DNA of 32,000 bases, from contig OY969425.1 in NCBI GenBank assembly GCA_963699255.1, positions 450,001 to 482,000 on the forward strand, written 5' to 3'. Origin of the DNA: an uncultured bacterium (GTDB taxonomy: Bacteria; Margulisbacteria; WOR-1; CAVSGV01). Under the pieces are notes generated by a model. That model saw only the letters and a list, made by a program, of their open reading frames with translations. It searched no databases and was not told the DNA's origin. Below, in pieces: positions 18,991 through 27,724 of the stretch. Position numbers and translations under genes: made by a program. Positions within the stretch are counted from its first letter, which is position 1. Each line of letters opens with the position of its first letter.

Positions 18991-20221
18991 TTATTGTTTT
19001 ACATCCCCTTTATTAATCAAGCCAAAATGCCTTGTTTTTGCGTATCGAATCAATTTTAAGAAATTGCCTGTATTTATTTCTGGGCAAGATGGAAGATAGG
19101 GTTTTTCGATATTTGACATATTTTTATTCGCAAAAGAAATATCGTCCATTACAAGATAAGGTGTATATATTTTTCCAACGCTCTTATAATATATTTTTTC
19201 AAGTTTGTTTTGGTCGGTTGGTTCCTTTTCTGTGAAACTGTATCCTGAAATATTCAACTCGTTTAATATTAATGATAGATATTTTGTGTGAGCGAATGTG
19301 CTTTTGTTAGCTATATGATAACTCTCTCCTGGTGCATTGTTAAAACATACTGAACAGATGAATTTGGCCGCATAATCGGCTGGCACGATATTTAGCCCCG
19401 TTTTTAGATTGCAGGTCACTCTTATATTTAGCTCAACATGGGTTTTATATAATGCAGCAAAATCATTAGTTTTATTCATTTTTTCTTTTAAGAAGAATGT
19501 TGCCCAGCCATAGAACAGATCATGGAATTTGTTAATGCTTCCTATTGGCTTTTCAATTAATCGCCCGCAAATCCCAACCGGCCTAAAGATTCTATATTTA
19601 ACTTTTTTAAATGAAAGAAATCTTCGGAAATTAATCTCCGCAAGAAGTTTGGATTCCTCGTAATAATTTCTGAAATTGCCTTTAGTAATAATATCGTCCG
19701 GATAGATTTCTTTTAAAGTTCCCCCAAATGAATATGCAGATCCAGTATAGATCGCCTCATTTGTATCTAATTTATCGATTAATTTAAGAATTCGATTGGT
19801 GCCCTCAATGTTAATATTCTCAAGCTTCTTTTTTGTTTGATTATCCAGCCGGAAGTCTGACAAAGAAGCGAAGTGAAAGAAATAATCTATCTTTTTAGAC
19901 TTTAATATATTCATACTATCTTGAGAAATATCCAGGATCTTCTTTAGCCAAGTCAAAAGAGATTGGAACAATGCATTTATCAATTTTGCTAATAATATCC
20001 TTTGAACTTTTTGGGTTTATTCCAATGTATTCATAGCCCTCATCAGAAAGTATGTTTTTGATTCGCTCGTAAAGTGACACTGTTTTATGAGACCTGCCAA
20101 GAATGAGAATCTGAATATTGCCCAGATTTTTTATGTTTTCCTTGAGGATTTCGAAAACTAAATTTCTCCCGAGTAATCCAGTTGCTCCGGTTATAGCGAT
20201 ACGCAAAATAATTACCCCCAA
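18991..20221 (-). pseudogene. NAD-dependent epimerase/thioester-reductase-like SDR, split across two overlapping frames (19916-20221 and 18991-19983)
   Basis: The upstream ORF has IAITGATGLLGRNLVFEIL (GxxGxxG) and ends ...ISFDLAKEDPGYFSR*. The downstream ORF continues ...LDISQDSMNILKSKKIDYFFHFASLSDFR...YYEESKLLAEINFRRF...FRPVGICGR. Removing one C near 19935-19936 gives KEDLDISQDSMN in one frame. Confidence 0.78.
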
Positions 20222-20378
20222 TTTTTGTTCGTTGATTTATTATCCCATACCCTTAAATCACTGTCAATTCTTCCTGTGCCTGTCGAAAAAATCAACTCCA
20301 GTGGACAAGGTTTGTTCTTAATATGCTTTAGTGATAAAATCACAGCCAAATGTTAATCAAAGCAGGTATTATAAATTT

Positions 20379-23222
20379 ATGAATTATTATTCAATTGCTC
20401 AACTGATCAATTTTTTTGCGCTTATGGGGTTAGGATTATTTGTCTTCTTTTATGACCACAGAAACCGGATAAATCAAACATACGCTTTAGTTAACTTTAG
20501 CTTGGCATTTTGGGGGTTATTTTATGTGTTTTGGCTCACTTCCTCTGATTATGATTCTGCTTTCATGTATCTTAAATGGCTAATGATATTTGCCGCGATA
20601 ATTCCTGTAACATTACTGCATTTTGTATTTAACTTTCTAAATATTAAAAAGTACAGAGATATAATCTTACCTGTTACATATTGCCTGGCTTTCATTTGTA
20701 TTGTTTTGGTTTGGCAAAACCTCTTTTTCGACGCAATGAAGCCAAAAATGGCTTTTAGGTTTTGGCCGGACGCCGGAAGATATTTTGTTTATTATCTTAT
20801 ATATTTTTATTATGGTGTTTTGACTTCTTTCTTTCTTTTGATGCGTGCATACTTCAAATCGAGCGGCCAAGAAAGAAATAAGCTCACATATTTTATTTTC
20901 GGCGCTCTTCTTGCTACAATAGGGGGATCTTTAAGTTTTCCATTATGGTATGATATAAATATTCCACCTTTCTTAAATTTATTTGTTTCGGTTTATGCAA
21001 TTGTTGTAGCTTATACAATACTCAAGCATCATCTCATGGGTATCGAAGTTATTCTTCGAAAAGGCCTGATATATTCAGTTATAACAGCGGTTTTCGTTTC
21101 GCTTTATTTCATATTGCTCCGATATTCTAATTTGCTGATTGTCGGAGGCCTTGTTCAGCCGCCATTAAAGATCGTGTATATTATTGCGGCTTTTAGTGCA
21201 ATGATCCTGCATTTCGTCTTAGGGATATTCGTTTTTTTAAACAACCCGCGCAAGCCTCTTAATAGGGTATTTTCACTATTAAGTTTATTTATTTTCGTTT
21301 GGATCGTTGGATGCTGTATTCAAACGGTAATAAAAGATACTTTTATAGCACTTATAACAGAAAAGATCGTTAGCAAGTTTTATGTGTTTACTCCAGCATT
21401 ATTTCTGCACACTTTTTATGAAATATTGCATATAAAACAAAAACGTCTTATATTGTTCAGCTATCTATTTGCTGGTCTTATATGTGTTTTATCATGCACC
21501 AAATTGTTTTTAATGGGTGTTTCATATAATTTTGGAGCAAGATATTTAACCGCCCCAGGGCCATTGTTTTTCCTTTTTCCGCTGTCAATCATAATTAATT
21601 CCTATTTTTCTTTGTCAGGGCTTCTGACAGTTAGGCGGCAAGCATCAGGGTATTATAAGATACAGTTGGATTATTTGTTATTAGCCGGCAGTTTAATTAT
21701 TATTGCCGTGTTTTTCTCCAATTTGCTCATTTACAATGTTGTTTTTACTCCATTTGATGAAATGCTGAATATTGCTTATGGTGTGACGATCGGCTACGCG
21801 ATCCTTCGACACCGATTAATGGACATTACCATAGTCATCCGCAAAGGATTAATATATTCCGTCCTTATCGGCTTTTTTACCGGACTTTATATCCTTATGC
21901 TCTACATTTTCAGCAGCCTTCTTGGCGGGATCGGAGCCAGAACATCGATCTATTTTTCGGCATTACTAATTATCTTTTTCGCGATCACCTTCCAGCCCCT
22001 CCGCGACAAAATACAGGAATTTATCGATAAGGTGTTTTTTCGAGGCAAATACGATTACCAGAAAACGCTTAAAGAATTGAGCCTTGCCGCCAGATCAATT
22101 GCTGGAATTGATGAATTGTTCGATAAAATTTTAACCGCCATCGTAAGCATCATTAAGCTAAAGAATGCCTCCATCTATATGGAGGACAAAAGGGCAGGGC
22201 AGTACATAGTCAGGAAATCGATCGGGATCGATATAAGAAGATCTGGTCTATCCCAAAACGACGATATCATCAGGCAGCTCATATCAAGGAAAGAAGCTAT
22301 CATGTATGACGAAACATCAAAAACTTCCGGGAATGTCGGAAGTTTCATGAGAGACACAGGCGCGGCAATAGTATTTCCGATGATAGCGAAAGATGAACTC
22401 GTCGGCTTCCTCTGCCTCGGAGAAAAGCTTTCCGGAGAGGTCTACAGCAACGAAGATATCGATCTGCTTACAACGCTCTGCAACCAGATGGGCGTGTCTA
22501 TCGAAAACGCTATGCTTTACGAAGATGCCATGGAAGCCCAGAAGCACTTATATCAGGCGGATAAACTTGCGACCGTCGGCGCGCTGGCTGCAGGGCTGGC
22601 CCATGAGATAAAAAACCCCATCGCGGCCATCAAAGGCTTTACGCAGGTCATTGATAGGGCGGTCAAGGAAAACGACCAGGAAACACTGAATGATTTCAAG
22701 GAAGTTGTCCCAAGACAGCTTGACCGTATCAATGAAATTGTTGAAAAACTCCTAACGCTAAGCAAGCCGCAGAGCCTTGTGAAGACCAAGGTTGACATCA
22801 ATAAGCTGCTTACTGACATTATTCGACTTGTTGAGAAGCAGGCGTTGAAACAAAAAGTGCAAATCATAAAAACCTTTGGTGATATCCCGCAGACTCTGGC
22901 CGATCCTCAGCAGCTTACCCAGGCATTTCTTAATCTGATACTGAATGCGATACAAGCTATGCCGGATGGCGGAGCGTTGGAGATCAGAACGAAATCCGTC
23001 GGCACAGATAGTATCCTTGTCGAGTTCATCGATAACGGAGTCGGCATCTCAAAGGACAAGCTGTCGCGTATTTTTGACCCCTTCTTTACCACAAAATCGG
23101 GAGGATCAGGTTTGGGACTCTCCGTAACCCGTAAGATAATACTTGACCATCATGGAAAGATCGAGGTTGAGTCCGAAGCAGGGAAATGGACGAAGTTTAC
23201 CGTAATGGTACCGGTTAGATAA
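20379..23222 (+). CDS. Membrane sensor histidine kinase with two consecutive multi-TM sensor modules, GAF, HisKA, HATPase_c
   Basis: ORF open from 20331; MNYYSIAQ at 20379 is a plausible start. HisKA LAAGLAHEIKNPIAAIKGF; HATPase NGVGISKDKLSRIFDPFFTTKSGGSGLGLSV. YAIVVAYTILKHHLMGIEVILRKGLIYSV and YGVTIGYAILRHRLMDITIVIRKGLIYSV show the duplicated module. Confidence 0.93.
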   Translation: MNYYSIAQLINFFALMGLGLFVFFYDHRNRINQTYALVNFSLAFWGLFYVFWLTSSDYDSAFMYLKWLMIFAAIIPVTLLHFVFNFLNIKKYRDIILPVTYCLAFICIVLVWQNLFFDAMKPKMAFRFWPDAGRYFVYYLIYFYYGVLTSFFLLMRAYFKSSGQERNKLTYFIFGALLATIGGSLSFPLWYDINIPPFLNLFVSVYAIVVAYTILKHHLMGIEVILRKGLIYSVITAVFVSLYFILLRYSNLLIVGGLVQPPLKIVYIIAAFSAMILHFVLGIFVFLNNPRKPLNRVFSLLSLFIFVWIVGCCIQTVIKDTFIALITEKIVSKFYVFTPALFLHTFYEILHIKQKRLILFSYLFAGLICVLSCTKLFLMGVSYNFGARYLTAPGPLFFLFPLSIIINSYFSLSGLLTVRRQASGYYKIQLDYLLLAGSLIIIAVFFSNLLIYNVVFTPFDEMLNIAYGVTIGYAILRHRLMDITIVIRKGLIYSVLIGFFTGLYILMLYIFSSLLGGIGARTSIYFSALLIIFFAITFQPLRDKIQEFIDKVFFRGKYDYQKTLKELSLAARSIAGIDELFDKILTAIVSIIKLKNASIYMEDKRAGQYIVRKSIGIDIRRSGLSQNDDIIRQLISRKEAIMYDETSKTSGNVGSFMRDTGAAIVFPMIAKDELVGFLCLGEKLSGEVYSNEDIDLLTTLCNQMGVSIENAMLYEDAMEAQKHLYQADKLATVGALAAGLAHEIKNPIAAIKGFTQVIDRAVKENDQETLNDFKEVVPRQLDRINEIVEKLLTLSKPQSLVKTKVDINKLLTDIIRLVEKQALKQKVQIIKTFGDIPQTLADPQQLTQAFLNLILNAIQAMPDGGALEIRTKSVGTDSILVEFIDNGVGISKDKLSRIFDPFFTTKSGGSGLGLSVTRKIILDHHGKIEVESEAGKWTKFTVMVPVR

Positions 23223-23228
23223 GCTATC

Positions 23229-23294
23229 AACGGATATGGAAAACGGACCAACGGATAGGAACGCTATCAACGAATTAAGAACGAATCAACGAAT
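23229..23294 (+). repeat. Clustered AACGRAY-type repeats after the kinase gene
   Basis: AACGGAT/AACGGAC/AACGGAT/AACGCTA/AACGAAT/AACGAAT/AACGAAT starting at 23229, 23242, 23250, 23260, 23269, 23280 and 23288. Confidence 0.6.
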
Positions 23295-23319
23295 GGGGAT
23301 ACAAATATAAATATATGGT

Positions 23320-23358
23320 TGTCGACTTTATCGACACATACTGTCGATTTCGACGACA
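23320..23358. promoter_or_regulatory. Two tandem 17-nt dyad elements (candidate operator pair)
   Basis: TGTCGACTTTATCGACA (23320-23336) and TGTCGATTTCGACGACA (23342-23358). 13/17 identical, 22 nt apart. Confidence 0.45.
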
Positions 23359-23525
23359 CTTTCACAAAAATGCAAATGCCAAGATAATGTTTTTGTTGTG
23401 ATAGAAGCAAATAATTATTAATTGAATTGGTAAGAATATTGCTATTTAGATATATATGTATTATTTGTTGTTTGTGGAGGGACTAATGCTTTTAAATCTG
23501 CATTTTAAGGATTGGAGAATATAAC

Positions 23526-26500
23526 ATGGCAAAACGAATGGTATTGTTTATATTGATTATAATTTCGATTTCTATAACCTGCTTTGCTGAAACACGTACA
23601 GTCACAAATACTGCGGATTCAGGAGCAGGATCCCTTAGAAGCGCGCTAAGTGCAGCAGTTTCAGGCGATACCGTAGAATTTAATATCCCAACAACAGATC
23701 CGGGCTATACAACAGAATCAGGCGCCAGCTGGTGGAGAATAAAAAATCAAAGCTCCTCCTATTTAGGAGTAAATGGCGGTGTTTCAGTATTAGGTTCTTC
23801 ACAAACTTCTAATCAAGGGGATACTAATACTTTTGGCCCAGAAATAGAGCTTACTACAACTGCAACGAATACATGTTGGTATGGATTTTCATTCAATGCG
23901 GACCACGTTACTATCGAAGGATTTACGATCACAAACTTTCCAAGACAGGGCATATCAATTAACGGGAATTATAGCCATATATATAATAATTATATTGGCA
24001 TTTCACCAAAAGGGGACAGGGCTGATCCTAACAGGCAGGGTATTGGACTATCTTGCGCTTATAACAGAATAAATAATAATGTTATTTCAGGTAATAATTG
24101 GGATGGTATTTACATGTACGGCACATCTAGCAATGAGATTGTCGGAAATTATATCGGAGTTGATCATTTGGGAACAGCTAAAATAGGAAATGCGATTGGA
24201 ATAAATATCGATATTTGTACAGTCCCAACAATAAACAATACAATTGAGAGCAATATTATTTCTGGGAATGGTGACGGGATATGGGCTGATGGAAATCATA
24301 GCGACCTATATGTTAACAATAACGTTATTTTAAATAATTATATTGGAACGGATAAGAACGGCACCCTTGAACTTGGCAATAATAACACAGGCATTTCATT
24401 TTACCATGGGCCTAATCATAATTTAATTAAAGGGAATGTTGTTTCAGATAACGGGTCTTATGGGATACGTTTTTATGACAGAATAAATTACAATCAGATC
24501 GTTTCAAACTATATTGGCACTGACAAATTTGGAACAGGTAATTTAGGGAATAGTTATCACGGAATATATATCGGTGATCCCGGATGGATTATTAATCCTT
24601 CAAGCTATAATACCATTGGTGGATCCGGAGTAGGCAACACAATTGCTTTTAACGGCAAAGCTGCGCCGGGATGTAACGGCATATGCATAGATGGCACAAA
24701 CAATGATGCTTTCAATAAAATCTCTTCAAACTCGATTTTTTCAAACAGCGGGCTTGGTATAGCGCTTAATAACTCTGCAAATCAGAATATAAATTATCCA
24801 TCAATTGTTTCTGCCGAATATAGTGAACTCACGGATCAAACAACAGTTTGCGGGACTGCTAGCATCAATAATATTATAGAGATATTTAAGGCTGAGCCGG
24901 ATCCTTCGGGATCAGGGGAAGGAAAAGTTTTTCTTGGATCAACCACAGCTGAATCCAATGGGAGCTGGTCGATAGCGGTAAGCGGACTAACGCCCAGTGA
25001 TGAGGTCACTTCTACAGCAACCGATAACATGGGAAACACTTCGGTATTCTCTCAAAACAAGCCGGTTGTCACAGCTGTATTTACCTATCGCCCAGATCTG
25101 GCTATCGCTACTTTGGAATCGGGATCCGATTACATTGGTGAGAATATTTCCGATCCAAGCGGGGAAGGTCAAACAATGGTTCAGTATTCTTATGCTAATC
25201 AGAAGAATATATTTTATGTTTTGCTCAATAATTCGGGAGCTTTAACCGATGATTTAATTGTTACGGGAGAATCGGGAGCAAGCGGATGGGATGTAAAATA
25301 CTTTGACGGAAAATCATCTTCAACCGAAATAACCTCACAGGTCACAAGCGGCGGATGGTCATCTGGTGATTTGGCCTCCGGAGTTAGCAGAGAGATCAGG
25401 GTTGAAATTGTACCCAGTGGAAGCGGCATTTCTACTGAAGATGTCATGATCACACTCACCTCATCAAATGACACTCAAAGAAAAGACGTTGTTAAAGCGG
25501 TTTCAGTTGTGGTCAATACTGCCCCTGCCATCTCACTGATACTGCCTAACGGAGGAGAAGCTCTATCAGGCGGGAACAATTATAATATTATTTGGAGTTG
25601 TACCGATCCGAATGGTTTCACTTCTGAGCCGATCTCAATATATTATTCAACTAATGAAGGAGCAAGTTATCTTAATGTGATCACTTCCGAATACGCGAAT
25701 AGTGGAAGCTATTCCTGGTTTGTCCCCCATATAAAAGCAACTAATGTGCGGATAAAGATCGTTGCGGAAAATCTTTTAGGCAATATTGCCTCAGATGAAA
25801 GCGACGCAAGCTTTACGATTTCGCCTTGTAAACCTTATGTTAATCCAGTTACATCTCCTACGAATATAATTCATCATACTATCACAGGGACCATGTCTGC
25901 TTATACCCTTGCAGTTAAAGTTAACGGGTCAACCTCTGGGGTTGAAACATGGCTATCAAGTTGCACATGGGAATATAATGCGTCACTTTCAAGCGGCGTC
26001 AATGATTTCAGCTTTCAGGCTGTGGACATTGCTTCTAACGAGAGCGATCCGCTTAATTTGTCGATATTGCTTCAGGGTTTGAGCTTTTCCTCCCCGGGAA
26101 CAGGGACTTCTACGATGATCCCAATCGGCGCTTCTACCATAGAGCCGACAATCTCTGCGACCGTATTTGCGAGTTCCGCAAATGATTTGCCCGGGCCGCC
26201 GCCATCAGGGGTTTTACTGTTTGGCAACGCGATCGATTTCATTTCAAATGTGTCGAGTTTTTCATTGCCAATATATATCACTATGCCTCTTTCAGGCGGG
26301 GTTGCTAATCCCATCCCATATTATTGGGACAATGGAACAAGCTCATGGAAAAACAGCGGGTTGAGCGTAACAAGTAAGACCAATTCTTCAATTACTTTTA
26401 CCACTAATCATCTTTCGATTTACGCGATATTTGGCGTAACTGGATTACTTTCGGGTGTAAGGGTATACCCAAGTCCTTATAAGATAGGCGACCCTCCGAA

Positions 26501-26720
26501 CGGTGTTATCTTTGACCAGTTAGCGGGCAATGAAACCATCAGAATATACACTATCTCAGGGGAACTTGTGAGATCGCAAAATGTTTCAGGGGCTTCATGG
26601 ACATGGAATATCAAGAACGACAGCGGCCAATTATGCGCGAGAGGGATCTACCCGTTCATCATTTCAAATCCCGACGGCGATAAGCGCACAGGGAAAATCG
26701 CGATTATCAATAAAGGATAA
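23526..26720 (+). CDS. Secreted right-handed parallel beta-helix protein with Ig-like region and FlgD/T9SS-type-A-like C-terminal domain
   Basis: Signal peptide MAKRMVLFILIIISISITCFA; TVTNTADSGAGSLRSALSAAVSGDTVEFNIP; repeated NNYIG.D..G...GN..GI / N.I..N.ISGN..GI units; C-terminal VRVYPSPYK...ETIRIYTISGELVRSQN...WTWNIKNDSGQLCARGIYPFII...KRTGKIAIINKG. Confidence 0.88.
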   Translation: MAKRMVLFILIIISISITCFAETRTVTNTADSGAGSLRSALSAAVSGDTVEFNIPTTDPGYTTESGASWWRIKNQSSSYLGVNGGVSVLGSSQTSNQGDTNTFGPEIELTTTATNTCWYGFSFNADHVTIEGFTITNFPRQGISINGNYSHIYNNYIGISPKGDRADPNRQGIGLSCAYNRINNNVISGNNWDGIYMYGTSSNEIVGNYIGVDHLGTAKIGNAIGINIDICTVPTINNTIESNIISGNGDGIWADGNHSDLYVNNNVILNNYIGTDKNGTLELGNNNTGISFYHGPNHNLIKGNVVSDNGSYGIRFYDRINYNQIVSNYIGTDKFGTGNLGNSYHGIYIGDPGWIINPSSYNTIGGSGVGNTIAFNGKAAPGCNGICIDGTNNDAFNKISSNSIFSNSGLGIALNNSANQNINYPSIVSAEYSELTDQTTVCGTASINNIIEIFKAEPDPSGSGEGKVFLGSTTAESNGSWSIAVSGLTPSDEVTSTATDNMGNTSVFSQNKPVVTAVFTYRPDLAIATLESGSDYIGENISDPSGEGQTMVQYSYANQKNIFYVLLNNSGALTDDLIVTGESGASGWDVKYFDGKSSSTEITSQVTSGGWSSGDLASGVSREIRVEIVPSGSGISTEDVMITLTSSNDTQRKDVVKAVSVVVNTAPAISLILPNGGEALSGGNNYNIIWSCTDPNGFTSEPISIYYSTNEGASYLNVITSEYANSGSYSWFVPHIKATNVRIKIVAENLLGNIASDESDASFTISPCKPYVNPVTSPTNIIHHTITGTMSAYTLAVKVNGSTSGVETWLSSCTWEYNASLSSGVNDFSFQAVDIASNESDPLNLSILLQGLSFSSPGTGTSTMIPIGASTIEPTISATVFASSANDLPGPPPSGVLLFGNAIDFISNVSSFSLPIYITMPLSGGVANPIPYYWDNGTSSWKNSGLSVTSKTNSSITFTTNHLSIYAIFGVTGLLSGVRVYPSPYKIGDPPNGVIFDQLAGNETIRIYTISGELVRSQNVSGASWTWNIKNDSGQLCARGIYPFIISNPDGDKRTGKIAIINKG

Positions 26721-26724
26721 TAGC

Positions 26725-27633
26725 ATGATTCAAAAAATGATTATTTATTCTTTGGTTTTTATGTTTACAACTATCCCAGTTCTGGCTGCAAGCGATTCCA
26801 CCGGAACTACCGCAGCAAACTATTTAAAAATATCCGGTGGTGTGCGTGCGGCAGGGATGGGGGATGCCTTTATTGCGGTATCTGACGATTCAAGTGCGAT
26901 ATATTGGAACCCGGCCGGTCTAGTGCAGAATGATGCAATTGAGCTTTGTTCAGCATATACCAAATGGTTTCAGGACATTTCTCTTACGAATATCAGCGCA
27001 TCAAAGCACCTGTGGGATAGTGATTATGCCGGCATGTCGCTCACGCTATTAAATATGGGCGAAATCGAAGAAACAACACTTGCGAACCCTGATGGGTCTG
27101 GCAGAAGTTTCTCACCTTCGGATATGATAGCTGTTACTTCTTACGCAAGAAAGTTATCACCTGTCTTCTCGATCGGCATAAATGTTAAGTACATCAGCGA
27201 TACGATAGACAAATCAAATGTTACTGGATACGCATTTGATCTGGGAACGCTATATTCCACTCCTTTTAAAGACCTGAATATGGGGCTGTCAATAAGGAAT
27301 ATTGGCGGTTTATCCGGAGTTGATTCTCCTTTGCCAGTCAATATTGGTTTAGGGTTGGCATATAAATTACTTAATAGAAAGAACCTCTTGCTGGCTTGCG
27401 ATGTAAATTTCCCGAATGACGATCAAATGTCCATTCACATTGGATGCGAATACAATATTGTCGAATGGTTCGCGTTGAGGATCGGATGCAATACAAGAAA
27501 GGACGATGGTTCAGGCGGAAATCTAGGCGTCGGATTGGGCCTCATTTGGAATGGATTGGCTGTTGATTATGCCTATGCTCCTTATGGGGATCTTGGGGAA
27601 GCACATAGAGTATCGTTTGGAATTAGAATGTAA
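26725..27633 (+). CDS. PorV/PorQ-like (UPF0164) outer-membrane beta-barrel protein
   Basis: Signal peptide, then NYLKISGGVRAAGMGDAFIAVSDDSSAIYWNPAGLVQ; C-terminal YAPYGDLGEAHRVSFGIRM. Start at ATG 26725, not the ORF-track 26581. Confidence 0.87.
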   Translation: MIQKMIIYSLVFMFTTIPVLAASDSTGTTAANYLKISGGVRAAGMGDAFIAVSDDSSAIYWNPAGLVQNDAIELCSAYTKWFQDISLTNISASKHLWDSDYAGMSLTLLNMGEIEETTLANPDGSGRSFSPSDMIAVTSYARKLSPVFSIGINVKYISDTIDKSNVTGYAFDLGTLYSTPFKDLNMGLSIRNIGGLSGVDSPLPVNIGLGLAYKLLNRKNLLLACDVNFPNDDQMSIHIGCEYNIVEWFALRIGCNTRKDDGSGGNLGVGLGLIWNGLAVDYAYAPYGDLGEAHRVSFGIRM

Positions 27634-27655
27634 ATATCTAAACAAGGATAAAACG

Positions 27656-27721
27656 ATGATAAAAGTAATGTCATACAAAATTAGCATGGTTTTTGAGGTA
27701 AAACTATTAGAAAGGATGTAA
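27656..27721 (+). CDS. Possible small ORF/leader peptide (21 aa) immediately upstream of the LolA-like gene
   Basis: AAGGA upstream of ATG; MIKVMSYKISMVFEVKLLERM*; stop 3 nt before the ATG at 27725. Confidence 0.3.
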   Translation: MIKVMSYKISMVFEVKLLERM

Positions 27722-27724
27722 ACT

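Noticed and set aside
19926-19945. Programmed ribosomal frameshift to join the two halves of the SDR gene
   Set aside because: The junction (AAAGAAGATCCTGGA) lacks a classic slippery heptamer or an obvious SD-like/structural stimulator. A simple 1-nt indel or sequencing error is more economical.
16833-23222. Complete two-component systems
   Set aside because: Neither kinase has a receiver domain and no response regulator gene is present in the window, so they are described as orphan kinases only.
23295-23525. Riboswitch (e.g. c-di-GMP GEMM type) upstream of the secreted beta-helix gene
   Set aside because: I looked for conserved GEMM/other riboswitch cores in the spacer and saw none. Only the TGTCGA dyads and a short AATGC...GCATT hairpin are evident.
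24000-24760. Recent tandem DNA duplication within the beta-helix region
   Set aside because: The NYIG/ISGN repeats are recognisable only at protein level and are irregular in length and DNA sequence. They are ordinary for right-handed beta-helix proteins.
26581-26724. ORF-track N-terminal extension (48 aa) of the PorV-like protein
   Set aside because: The extension overlaps the end of the upstream beta-helix gene in another frame. The signal peptide starts at MIQKMIIYSLVFM (26725), so the shorter start is preferred.
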